This document shows, one piece after another, positions 9,372 to 18,875 of a stretch of 52,526 nucleotides of DNA; position 1 is the first letter of the stretch; each line of letters begins with the position of its first letter. Position numbers and translations under genes: made by a program. Source of the DNA: Bacteroidales bacterium (lineage in GTDB: Bacteria; Bacteroidota; Bacteroidia; Bacteroidales; CAIWKO01). The notes below the pieces were generated by a model. The model did not search any database. It worked only from the letters and a program-made list of their open reading frames with translations, and was not told the DNA's origin. The stretch lies in the NCBI GenBank assembly GCA_035389045.1, contig DAOORA010000026.1:1-52526 (forward strand), given 5' to 3'.

Positions 9372-11141
9372 ATGGCTTACACAAATAAATATTTAAAAAT
9401 AAACCTTACTACTCAAACTATTGAGTTTGGTCAAACAGAAAAAAAGCTTATTGAGCAATACATTGGCGCTAAAGGGATGGGCTTTGCTTTGCTCAACCGG
9501 CTAAATCCGAGTCCTGCCCCGTTTGATCCTGAAAATCCACTGATATTTATCAACGGACCTTTCACAGGAACAAAAATGCAGACCAGTGCGCGCACCACGC
9601 TCGTCACACGTTCGCCGCTTACAGGTTGTGCGCAGGATGCCCATTGCGGTGGCAGCTTTGGCCCACGGATGAAGTTTGCCGGTTATGATTATATATATAT
9701 CACAGGAAAAGCTGAAAGCCCTGTCTATATTTACATCCATGAAGATAAAGTTAAGTTTTTTGATGCAGCGGAATTCTGGGGCAAGGGTATTTTCTTTACC
9801 AATGATGAACTGATGAAGCGTCATCAGGGTATCGATCCAAGAGTGGCTTGTATTGGGCCTGCCGGAGAAAATCTTTCAAAAATCTCCTGCATTGGCGTAG
9901 ATAAACACCGTCAGTTTGGACGTGGTGGCGTGGGTGCTGTGATGGGGTCAAAAAACCTCAAAGCCATTGTTGTTGACGGAAACATCCCTATCAAATATTA
10001 TGATGAAGCTAAATTCAAGGAACTAAACCTTGAGGCGGCGAAAAACGTGCTGAATAATCCGAATGTCAAGTTCCGCAGAGTTAAAGGCACCATGAAATGT
10101 GTGCGCAGCTGCCAGAACAACGAAATTCTACCGGTGAAAAACTGGCAGAAAGTACAATATGAAGAATTTGAAAAGATCAGTTCTGAAACTACCCGCAAGG
10201 AACTCAACTGGGAAGATACCGGATGTTATAACTGTGCTATCCGCTGTTCCAAATGGGCAAGATGGGATGGGCACGAAATAGAAGGTCCTGAATATGAAAC
10301 CACAGCATTTCTGGGCTCTTCGTGTGAAATTTCAAACATCAAAGATGTGGCTTTCGGTAATGAAATCTGCAATGATCTGGGACTGGATACCATCAGCGCT
10401 GGTGGCACAGTGGCATTTGCTATGGAATGTTACGAAAAAGGTTTGCTGGAGCAAACATTTGGTTTATCTTTAAATTGGGGAAATGCGGAGGCACAAAGGG
10501 AATTGCTCAAACAGATGTCCCAAAGAAAAGATCTTGGTGAACTTTTTGCCGATGGAACCCGTGAGGCGGCTATTAAAATAGGTAAAGGAAGTATGGATTT
10601 TGCCATTCAGATCTGCGGTATGGAGTTGTCGGGAATTAACCCTAAAGGCTCCCTTACTATGGGGGTAGCCATGTCGGTAGCCGATTTTGCCAGTCACACC
10701 CGTTTATGGATTGCTGAATCTGAAAATGGACCTGATTTTAAAATTGAAGATATACTTCACGCAGTTTTCGAAGGCATCGATGTCACCAATGTCAGGAACA
10801 GCCTGGTAGTTTGCGACTTTCTTCCTTTAGGTCTTCCGGTATTGGCAGGTTTACTGAACGCAGCTACAGGAAGCGAACATACGGCTGAGAACCTGTTAAA
10901 GACCGGAGCCCGCATCAATCATCTGTCAAGAGCATACAACCTTCGAAACGGGCGTTCTGATGCCGACGACACGCTACCTGCACGTTTCTTCAATGAAGAA
11001 AGCCTGGGTGGGTTTATGAAAGGAAAAAAACTCGAACGTGATTATTTCAAATCCTTCATTAAGGAATATTACAAAATGCGCAAGTGGGACGATAATGGGA
11101 AACCTACTGAAGAAGTATTAAAAGAATTCGAAGTGATTTAG
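9372..11141 (+). CDS. aor: Aldehyde:ferredoxin oxidoreductase (tungstopterin AOR family)
   Basis: RSPLTG, CIGPAGENL, GRGGVGAVMGSKNLKAI, [4Fe-4S] motif CYNCAIRC plus distal VVCDF, GPEYET, CNDLGLDTIS and DDTLPARF. Confidence 0.93.
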   Translation: MAYTNKYLKINLTTQTIEFGQTEKKLIEQYIGAKGMGFALLNRLNPSPAPFDPENPLIFINGPFTGTKMQTSARTTLVTRSPLTGCAQDAHCGGSFGPRMKFAGYDYIYITGKAESPVYIYIHEDKVKFFDAAEFWGKGIFFTNDELMKRHQGIDPRVACIGPAGENLSKISCIGVDKHRQFGRGGVGAVMGSKNLKAIVVDGNIPIKYYDEAKFKELNLEAAKNVLNNPNVKFRRVKGTMKCVRSCQNNEILPVKNWQKVQYEEFEKISSETTRKELNWEDTGCYNCAIRCSKWARWDGHEIEGPEYETTAFLGSSCEISNIKDVAFGNEICNDLGLDTISAGGTVAFAMECYEKGLLEQTFGLSLNWGNAEAQRELLKQMSQRKDLGELFADGTREAAIKIGKGSMDFAIQICGMELSGINPKGSLTMGVAMSVADFASHTRLWIAESENGPDFKIEDILHAVFEGIDVTNVRNSLVVCDFLPLGLPVLAGLLNAATGSEHTAENLLKTGARINHLSRAYNLRNGRSDADDTLPARFFNEESLGGFMKGKKLERDYFKSFIKEYYKMRKWDDNGKPTEEVLKEFEVI

Positions 11142-11212
11142 TGATTAAATTATATAGACAAAAACCCTTCCAATATTTAGGTCAGGTAATCCAAAGTATG
11201 ATTTTTACATTA

Positions 11213-12619
11213 TCATATTCTGGTAAAACAAACTACTTTAGGTTCAGTCATTTCCTGCAAGGCAAATTTAATTCCTTCCCTACCTAATCCGGAATTTTTT
11301 ATTCCTCCGAATGGCATGGAGTCCAGACGGTAATCGGTAGACTCATTAATCATTACTCCTCCGCAATCCAGTTCATAAGCAGCTTTCAGTGCAACATTAA
11401 TGTCGGAAGTAAATATTCCTGCAAGTAAACCGTAATTCAGGCTGTTTGACTTTTCAACAGCTTCTTCCATGGTGGAAATTCTATATAGATTAACTGCCGG
11501 CCCAAAAACCTCTTCATGATGTATCGTCGCAGTTTCAGGAACATTTTCAAGGACCGTCGGGTCCATCAGGGCACCGGTTCTTTTGCCACCGCATAGGCAT
11601 GTTGCACCGGCTGTTACTGCTTCGTTCACCCATTTTTCGACCCTGATGGCTTCTTTTTCGGTAATCATCGGCCCCATATCGGTTTCTTCATGGAGTTTAT
11701 TACCAATTTTATATTTTAATGTTTTTTCAATAAATTTATCCCTGAATTTCTCATAAATAGCATCATGAATATATATTCGCTGAACACCGATACAGTTTTG
11801 CCCGGCAGCCCAGAAGGCTCCGGAAACAGATGATTCAACAGAATAATCCAGATCAGCGTCTTTCCATATAATAACCGGGGAGTTTGAACCCAACTCCATT
11901 CCTATTTTTTTTATTCCTGCCATCGCGGCAACTTTTTTCCCGGCCTCAACACCGCCTGTAAAAGACACCATCCTTACCCGTTCATCTTTAACAAGCATTG
12001 GACCTATTTCATTTCCGTTTCCGGTGATCACCTGAAGACATTCTGCTGGCAGGCCTGATTCGAAGAAGGCTTTGGCGAGCTTAACAGCCGATAATGGGGT
12101 TACTGAAGCGGGTTTCAGAATCACGCTGTTTCCTGCAGCAATCGCAGGCCCTAACTTATGAGCCACCAGATTTAAGGGGTCATTGAAAGGTGTGATCGCT
12201 AGAATAACTCCTATTGGAAAACGGTAATAATACCCTACCCTGTTTTCGCCACCGGGAAAAGAGTCAAAAGGAATAGTTTCACCGAGGATTCTTTTTGATT
12301 CTTCTGCAGAAACACGCAAAGTATTAACACACCTCCCGGCCTCTTTTCTGGCTTCCCTTATTGTTTTAGAACCCTCCCTTGCGATGGTGACGGCAAAATC
12401 TTCAAGATTTCGTTCTACAAGGTCAGCAGTTTTATAAAGAATATTGGCTCTTTCATAAACTTTTAAATTTTTTGAGATATTAAACCCCTTCACGGCATTT
12501 TCTATTGCAGTCATAGCATCTTCTTTGCCTGCTTTTGGAACAGTGCCAATGAGCGAGTTATCAAAAGGATCGTAAACATTGATCATTTCTGTGTTTTTTT
12601 CAATAGTTTCAGTAGACAT
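11213..12619 (-). CDS. NAD(P)-dependent aldehyde dehydrogenase family protein
   Basis: ITPFNDP, KPAS.TP, SFTGG, catalytic ELGSN (Glu) and GQNC (Cys), EEVFGP and MPFGGIKNSGLGREG. Confidence 0.93.
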   Translation of the reverse strand: MSTETIEKNTEMINVYDPFDNSLIGTVPKAGKEDAMTAIENAVKGFNISKNLKVYERANILYKTADLVERNLEDFAVTIAREGSKTIREARKEAGRCVNTLRVSAEESKRILGETIPFDSFPGGENRVGYYYRFPIGVILAITPFNDPLNLVAHKLGPAIAAGNSVILKPASVTPLSAVKLAKAFFESGLPAECLQVITGNGNEIGPMLVKDERVRMVSFTGGVEAGKKVAAMAGIKKIGMELGSNSPVIIWKDADLDYSVESSVSGAFWAAGQNCIGVQRIYIHDAIYEKFRDKFIEKTLKYKIGNKLHEETDMGPMITEKEAIRVEKWVNEAVTAGATCLCGGKRTGALMDPTVLENVPETATIHHEEVFGPAVNLYRISTMEEAVEKSNSLNYGLLAGIFTSDINVALKAAYELDCGGVMINESTDYRLDSMPFGGIKNSGLGREGIKFALQEMTEPKVVCFTRI

Positions 12620-12646
12620 AAATTAATTGTTTTTATTGTTTTAAAA

Positions 12647-14275
12647 TCATTGGTTCATGTATGGATATTTGTAATCTGTTGCCGGCAGCAAAGTTTCTTT
12701 TATGGTACGGGGGCTTACCCATCTTAATAAATTAAGGTGGCTGCCTGCTTTGTCGTTGGTACCGGAACACCGGGCTCCGCCAAATGGCTGCTGCCCAACC
12801 ATTGCACCGGATGGTTTGTCATTGATGTAAAAGTTGCCCGCAGTATACCGGAGCTTACGGCAAGCCAGGCCCATAGCATATTTATCATTGCTGAAGATTG
12901 ATCCGGTCAGCGCATAAACCGAAGTGCTGTCGCATATCTCCAGCGTTTTCTCGAAATCCTTATCATCATATACAAAAATTGACATTACCGGGCCGAAAAT
13001 CTCTTCTTCCATTGTGACAAAATGTGGATTTTCTGCTTGAATAACAGTAGGTTTAATAAAATAACCTGTCTTTTTATCACCGGCACCACCTGCTAATATT
13101 TTTGCTTCATTTGAATTTTTTGCTTTTTGGATATATGACATGATGTTTGCAAATGAATTATTATCAATGACAGCATTAACATAATTGTCAAAATCTCTCA
13201 CATCACCCATTTTTATTGTCGATACCATATCAAGCATAATTTCTTTTGTCTGTTTCCAGATCGACTTTGGAATATATGCCCTCGAAGCCGCAGAACATTT
13301 CTGTCCCTGATATTCAAAAGCCCCGCGTACTATAGCTGTGGCAAGTTCAACGGGTGTGGCTGAGTTGTGAGCAAAAATAAAATCCTTGCCTCCGGTCTCA
13401 CCAACCAGCTTCGGGTAGGATTTGTATTGATGAAGTTTTTCAGTCACTTCTTTCCATAAATGATCAAATGTCTGGTTCGATCCCGTAAAATGAATACCTG
13501 CCATGTTTTTATCATGCAGAACTATATTGCTGATCAGCGAACCGCTTCCGGGAATAAAATTTATGACCCCGTCAGGCAGGCCGGCTTCCTTCAGAATTTT
13601 CATCAGGTAATAATTTGAAAGCAAAGCGGTGGTCGCAGGTTTCCATACAGTCGTATTTCCCATCAATGCAACACAGGTGTTCAGGTTGGCTGCGATCGCC
13701 GTAAAATTGAATGGTGTTATTGTATATATGAAACCTTCGAGCGGCCGGTATTCAAGCCTGTTGATCGAATAGTTATCCGATAATGGCTGTTCCTTATAGA
13801 TCAGTGACGCAAAATGAACATTGAACCTCAAATAATCAATTACTTCACATGCCGCATCAATTTCAGCCTGAAACACATTTTTGCCCTGGCCGAGCATCGT
13901 CGAGGCATTTATAACGTATCGGTATTTAGTCGATAACAGGTCAGCAGCCTTCAGTAGTATTGAAGAACGGTCGATCCATGAAAGATTCATCCATGCCTCT
14001 TTTGCTTCATTGGCGCTTCTGATGGCAAGCCTGACTTCTTTTTCTGTGGCCATGTGATACTTCGCAATCACATGACCATGATCATGCGGCATAACCACAT
14101 TTCCGGTCTTTCCGGTCCTTATCTCATTTCCGCCTATAATAAGAGGAATCTCGATTACTTCTGAAGCCTGCTTTGTCAGTTCCTGTTCGAGTTTCGATCG
14201 TTCATTACTTCCCTTTAGATATGATAAAACTGGTTCATTCTTCGGATTTTCAAATAAAAAGACTGCATTATTCAT
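12647..14275 (-). CDS. pruA: L-glutamate gamma-semialdehyde (P5C) dehydrogenase
   Basis: NEPVLSY, QAEIDAACE..DYLRFN, YRPLEGF, GETGGKDF, FEYQGQKCSAASR and NDKPSGAMVGQQPFGGAR.SGTNDKAGS (ALDH4-type). Confidence 0.95.
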   Translation of the reverse strand: MNNAVFLFENPKNEPVLSYLKGSNERSKLEQELTKQASEVIEIPLIIGGNEIRTGKTGNVVMPHDHGHVIAKYHMATEKEVRLAIRSANEAKEAWMNLSWIDRSSILLKAADLLSTKYRYVINASTMLGQGKNVFQAEIDAACEVIDYLRFNVHFASLIYKEQPLSDNYSINRLEYRPLEGFIYTITPFNFTAIAANLNTCVALMGNTTVWKPATTALLSNYYLMKILKEAGLPDGVINFIPGSGSLISNIVLHDKNMAGIHFTGSNQTFDHLWKEVTEKLHQYKSYPKLVGETGGKDFIFAHNSATPVELATAIVRGAFEYQGQKCSAASRAYIPKSIWKQTKEIMLDMVSTIKMGDVRDFDNYVNAVIDNNSFANIMSYIQKAKNSNEAKILAGGAGDKKTGYFIKPTVIQAENPHFVTMEEEIFGPVMSIFVYDDKDFEKTLEICDSTSVYALTGSIFSNDKYAMGLACRKLRYTAGNFYINDKPSGAMVGQQPFGGARCSGTNDKAGSHLNLLRWVSPRTIKETLLPATDYKYPYMNQ

Positions 14276-14336
14276 TTCAAATTCATTTATTGTTATTATT
14301 ATATGTTTCGATATGAATTTATTTTCATATCGGTTG

Positions 14337-14344
14337 CAAAAATA
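14337..14344 (-). promoter_or_regulatory. Bacteroidota -7 element for the pruA-ALDH operon
   Basis: Minus-strand TATTTTTG, about 60 nt upstream of the pruA ATG. Confidence 0.5.
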
Positions 14345-14420
14345 ATGAAAAATTCAAAGTAAAAAACCATGAACCCTTTATTATACCCTAAAATCCTGAA
14401 AGTAAGAGTAAAAAAATTAT

Positions 14421-14442
14421 TATCGGAAATTGCCTTCCGATA
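14421..14442 (-). terminator. Probable intrinsic terminator of the cupin gene
   Basis: Stem TATCGGAA/TTCCGATA, followed on the minus strand by ATAATTTTTTT. Confidence 0.5.
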
Positions 14443-14470
14443 GATATTTTATTTGTATATAATTAATTCC

Positions 14471-14800
14471 TTAACTTTTTATCATCACCAACACCATTTT
14501 GAATTTTTCCACAGCTTTCACTGCATGGGGTATATTGGCCGGCATTATGATGAATTGCCCGCTATTTAAAATATTTGAAGCACCATTAATGATGATATCG
14601 GCAGTGCCGTCAACAATATTTACCAGTGCATCAAAAGGCGCCGTATGTTCACTCAGTCCTTCACCTTTGTCAAAGGCAAATACAGTGACATTGCCTGTCT
14701 GCTTTTTTATGATCGTCCGGCTGACCACAGCGCCATCAGCATATTCAACAATTCCGGAAAATGCAAATGTTTTTGCCCGTTCGAGTTCATTGTTTTCCAT
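14471..14800 (-). CDS. Cupin domain protein
   Basis: FAFDKGEGLSEHTAPFDA...IIMPANIPHAVKA cupin motifs. ATG 14800 (MENNEL) preferred over 14839. Confidence 0.9.
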   Translation of the reverse strand: MENNELERAKTFAFSGIVEYADGAVVSRTIIKKQTGNVTVFAFDKGEGLSEHTAPFDALVNIVDGTADIIINGASNILNSGQFIIMPANIPHAVKAVEKFKMVLVMIKS

Positions 14801-14900
14801 TTCTTTTTTCTTCAAATATAGCCAATAAAAAATCATCATACCATGTTTTTTCGTTTAATTTGCATCATGCAGCCAATAACAGATTTTTAATGTGCCGGCG

Positions 14901-16625
14901 ATGACACCCAAAAAACATCTCAGCAATAAGTGGCTTAAAGCTTCCGTTTTAGGTTGCCTGTGGGCATCATCTGAAATTGTCATTGGCAGTTTTTTGCATA
15001 ACCTGAAAGTGCCCTTTGCAGGCAATATACTCACCGCCATAGGTATTATAATACTGATTTCCGTTGCTCATATCTGGAAGGAGAAAGGCCTGTTCTGGAG
15101 ATCGGGAGTGGTATGCGCACTGATGAAATCAATATCGCCGAGTGCGGTGATCTTCGGCCCGATGATCGCGATCTTCATTGAAGCGCTGCTCATGGAGATT
15201 TCTGTGCGCATTTTCAGAAAAAACATTTTTTCGTTTATGCTGGCGGGGACATTGGCCATGCTGTGGAACCTGGTTTTTATGGTAGGCAATTTCATCATCA
15301 TCTACGGGCCTAACATCATTGACCTGTACGCCAACCTGACCGTATTTGCTCAGAAACAGCTTCACTTAGCTACAGACATCTACTGGTTGCCATTGGCAGT
15401 TTTGGTTGTGCTGTATATCTTCCTTGGCCTTATCGCTGCAATATTCGGAATTTATATCGGGCGAAGGGCTGCCCGTCAGCCGGTTCCTCACGAAAGCCTC
15501 TCCGTCAAACAGGTTATGAAGATCAGATCAAGAAAGGCAGACACCTCTTTTCCTTTTTCATTTTTCTGGCTAACGTCCAATATTCTTATGCTTATCGCAG
15601 AGCTGGCACTGATGAGTTTTACAAGATGGCCTTTTTGGACTGTCGCAGGATGCCTCATGCTGACAATATGGATACTGCGTTACAGGCAAACCATGCATTT
15701 GCTGTCAAAACCCGGGTTCTGGCTAAGTTTTGTAATCCTGACCATGATTTCTGCTTATGTATTATACAATCTTAAAAATTCCGGCAGTGGTTTTTTTGAC
15801 GGCATAGTCATTGGCCTGGAAATGAATTTCAGGGCAGCGATTGTAATCATTGGCTTTTCGGCGATCGGCACTGAGTTCAGGAATCCGAAGCTGAGAATAA
15901 TATTTGTCAATTCACCCTTCTGGCAGCTGCCTCTGGCCCTTGAGATAGCCTTTGACACTCTGCCTCTCATGATCTCGAATCTTCCCCACGTGAAAGACGT
16001 TTTCAGAAAGCCGGGCAGGACTTTTCATCAAATGGTGGCACGGGCGGATTACTGGCTTGAAAAAACAGAACTAAAATTAAATGAACGGGAAAATGTCATC
16101 ATTATACGTGGCACGGAAAAAACAGGAAAAACGACCTTCCTGCAGGACATTGTAATGCAATTAAATAATAATAATATCAGCACAGGAGGCTTTACCGCTC
16201 CGTCTGTTTTTAAAAATAACGAGCATATTGGATATGACCTTATTGATCTGAGTAACGGGCAAAGAACTGTTCTGGCAAGGACACATGGAAATGATGAAAT
16301 GCCCATAGTGGGTAAGTTTTACTTCAGTCTGGAAGGCCTTGCAACCGGAAACAAAATACTTAAGCCGGAAAATCTCGCCAATGTAAATGTTGTCGTAGTT
16401 GATGAGGTGGGCCCGTGGGAACTGCAAAACCAGGGATGGGCGCAAAGTTTGTCCCGCCTGGTAAAATCATTTGAAAGCCCTATGATATGGGTTGTACGTG
16501 AAAGCATTGTGGATAAAGTTATTGAAAACTGGTCGCTGAAAAATCCTTTGGTAGTTGATACCAAAAAAGAAAACATTGACCTTGTCTGTAAGGCAATATT
16601 ATCAAAGCGGAGTGACAAAATTTAA
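14901..16625 (+). CDS. Multi-pass membrane protein fused to a C-terminal P-loop NTPase (THEP1/NTPase_1-like)
   Basis: About 9-10 TM segments in the first ~330 aa. C-terminal Walker A GTEKTGKTT, GGFTAP...GYDL, VGKFYF and Walker B VVVVDEVGPWE. Confidence 0.8.
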   Translation: MTPKKHLSNKWLKASVLGCLWASSEIVIGSFLHNLKVPFAGNILTAIGIIILISVAHIWKEKGLFWRSGVVCALMKSISPSAVIFGPMIAIFIEALLMEISVRIFRKNIFSFMLAGTLAMLWNLVFMVGNFIIIYGPNIIDLYANLTVFAQKQLHLATDIYWLPLAVLVVLYIFLGLIAAIFGIYIGRRAARQPVPHESLSVKQVMKIRSRKADTSFPFSFFWLTSNILMLIAELALMSFTRWPFWTVAGCLMLTIWILRYRQTMHLLSKPGFWLSFVILTMISAYVLYNLKNSGSGFFDGIVIGLEMNFRAAIVIIGFSAIGTEFRNPKLRIIFVNSPFWQLPLALEIAFDTLPLMISNLPHVKDVFRKPGRTFHQMVARADYWLEKTELKLNERENVIIIRGTEKTGKTTFLQDIVMQLNNNNISTGGFTAPSVFKNNEHIGYDLIDLSNGQRTVLARTHGNDEMPIVGKFYFSLEGLATGNKILKPENLANVNVVVVDEVGPWELQNQGWAQSLSRLVKSFESPMIWVVRESIVDKVIENWSLKNPLVVDTKKENIDLVCKAILSKRSDKI

Positions 16626-16704
16626 CTATATTACAGCATAATAACAGGCTGCCCTGCAAATCATACTATATACTCTTTGTAATTACCCCTTTATTTACCC
16701 CACT

Positions 16705-18780
16705 TTATTTCTTATCATTATTGATTTTTCCGCCTAATGGGAATTTTACAAGGATAAAACCTATAATAAAAATAGCTATAAGACTACCAATAAATGATGG
16801 ATTATCGAACATATGAAACATCTTAATCTCAGCAAACGCAAGTCCGGCAAATAACAGGCCTATGAGCGCTTCCCCTGCGATAAGTCCTGAGGCAAGAAGG
16901 ACACCGGTATTGGTAATTTTTTCTTTATGTTCATCGCTGTAGCCGCGTTTTTTTACATACCGGTCTGTAATGGCCTTCATCAGTCCGCCCAGAAATATGG
17001 CAAAAGACGTATCAATGGGCAGGTACATCCCAACACAGATAAGCATCGGACTTTTAACCTGCATTAATATCAGGGCTATACCCATAAAAATACCGACCAC
17101 AATAAGTATAAGTTCCATTTTCATGTCCACAATGCCTTTTGCAACCACAGCCATCAGGCTTGCCTGGGGAGCCGGGAGTTTTTCGCCTCCAAAACCAGCG
17201 TTTGCATCGAGCACATCATTTTGTTTTTCAGGTGCCATTGCTTTTATGTCATCAATGGTGTAAGTTGTTCCTGCAAGGGACTGGTCCTTTCCCTTGTATT
17301 CAACCAGGGTCACCTTGTCGTTTTCGAGTTTTTCGATCTTTTTACCAACCACTTCTTTAATATCACCCAGATGAAGCAGGGTGAGAATAAGAAACATTAT
17401 GGTCGAAGCGGCAATTACGCCAAAAACATCACCAAGCTGCATACGCCAGGGCGTACATCCGAGTATGTGTCCTGCCTTGAGGTCCTGCATCATTTCACCT
17501 GCCACAGAAACAGAGGTGCAGGTAAAAGCAGCAACACCTAAAACAGCAGCGAGTCCCGCATCGCCTTTCAAACCCAAAGCGACCATCAGCAGGGCGGCAA
17601 TAATCAATACCGAAACAGTTAGACCACTTGTCGGGTTATTGCTTACCCCAATGATGCCCACAAGATATCCCGATACGGCGGCAAATACAAAACCCATGAA
17701 CAGCATGACAATGGTGGCAACACCTGCAGCCCAAGAATCGCGGGCAAAGTAGTTAAAAACAATAAACATAATGATCATTATTATTCCAATGACCACAAGT
17801 GACCAGCGCATATTAATATCTTTTTCAGTTCGTAAAAAAACACTGGTCGCCGATGTCGATTTTCTCAAATTGGCAAACGAACGTTGTATTCCGCTGAACA
17901 AGCTTTTGCGCATATTATAAAGGGTATAGAACGAACCAACCAGCATCCCCCCGATAGCTATATAACGAACATAAGCCTTCCAGACACGTGTTATCTCTGC
18001 TGCCCAGTCAGCGACTGTTGCTGGATTATCGTAATTAATGAAGTAGGCTATTACCGGAGCCATCAATCCCCATGCGAGCAAACCTCCACTAAAGTTTATG
18101 GCACCAAGTTTGGGACCAATGATGTAACCAACACCAAAATATGCAGGAGCCATTCCGGGCGACCGCAGCAAGACTGCCCCTTTTGAAAATGTAACTATCT
18201 TTTGCCATGTGGCTGCAATAAATTTAAACTCCACCAAAGCCGTAAAGAAGGCTCCAACTCCCATTCCCCAAAGCAATAATTTTGATCCTCCCGATCCTCC
18301 CCTGCCCGATTTATGTATTTCAGCAGCCGCAACAGATTCAGGAAACGGAAGTTCTGCATCTTCAACAAGCACCCTGCGAAGCAGTGTGGTAAACATAATT
18401 CCCAGTACGCCGGCAGCAGCCAGAATCACAATGGCCAAAATGTAATGCGAGGCTGAATAAAAAGGATCCCATACCGACGCGATATAAAACGCAGGCAGCG
18501 TAAAAATAGCTCCGGTAGCTATATTTCCGCCAATGGAGCCTACAGTCCGGGCTGTATTTTCTTCGAGTATCGTGCCTTTCACAGCCTTTAATATGGCCAT
18601 CCCCAACACAGCTGTGGTATAGGTAGCAGCTATTGTCATACCAGCCTTTAAGCCCAGATAAGCATTGGCTGCACCCATGATCATTGCCATCAGAACTCCC
18701 AGCAATACAGCACGTAAGGTAAATTCTTTCATAGTTGTTTCTGCAGAAACAAAAGGTATAAATTTCTTAGGTTCGCTCAT
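16705..18780 (-). CDS. Oligopeptide transporter, OPT family
   Basis: EFTLRA, ANAYLGLKAGMTI, LPFPESVAAAEI, SNNPTSG, QDLKAGHILG.TP and LPAPQA. ATG 18780 preferred. Confidence 0.93.
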   Translation of the reverse strand: MSEPKKFIPFVSAETTMKEFTLRAVLLGVLMAMIMGAANAYLGLKAGMTIAATYTTAVLGMAILKAVKGTILEENTARTVGSIGGNIATGAIFTLPAFYIASVWDPFYSASHYILAIVILAAAGVLGIMFTTLLRRVLVEDAELPFPESVAAAEIHKSGRGGSGGSKLLLWGMGVGAFFTALVEFKFIAATWQKIVTFSKGAVLLRSPGMAPAYFGVGYIIGPKLGAINFSGGLLAWGLMAPVIAYFINYDNPATVADWAAEITRVWKAYVRYIAIGGMLVGSFYTLYNMRKSLFSGIQRSFANLRKSTSATSVFLRTEKDINMRWSLVVIGIIMIIMFIVFNYFARDSWAAGVATIVMLFMGFVFAAVSGYLVGIIGVSNNPTSGLTVSVLIIAALLMVALGLKGDAGLAAVLGVAAFTCTSVSVAGEMMQDLKAGHILGCTPWRMQLGDVFGVIAASTIMFLILTLLHLGDIKEVVGKKIEKLENDKVTLVEYKGKDQSLAGTTYTIDDIKAMAPEKQNDVLDANAGFGGEKLPAPQASLMAVVAKGIVDMKMELILIVVGIFMGIALILMQVKSPMLICVGMYLPIDTSFAIFLGGLMKAITDRYVKKRGYSDEHKEKITNTGVLLASGLIAGEALIGLLFAGLAFAEIKMFHMFDNPSFIGSLIAIFIIGFILVKFPLGGKINNDKK

Positions 18781-18875
18781 ATATCTATATTTTTTGTTTG
18801 TACAAGTATACACATTTTTATAAAAAGTAACAGCATTTTTTTGTTTCCTGAGAATATTTATTTTCCTTTGTTCCC

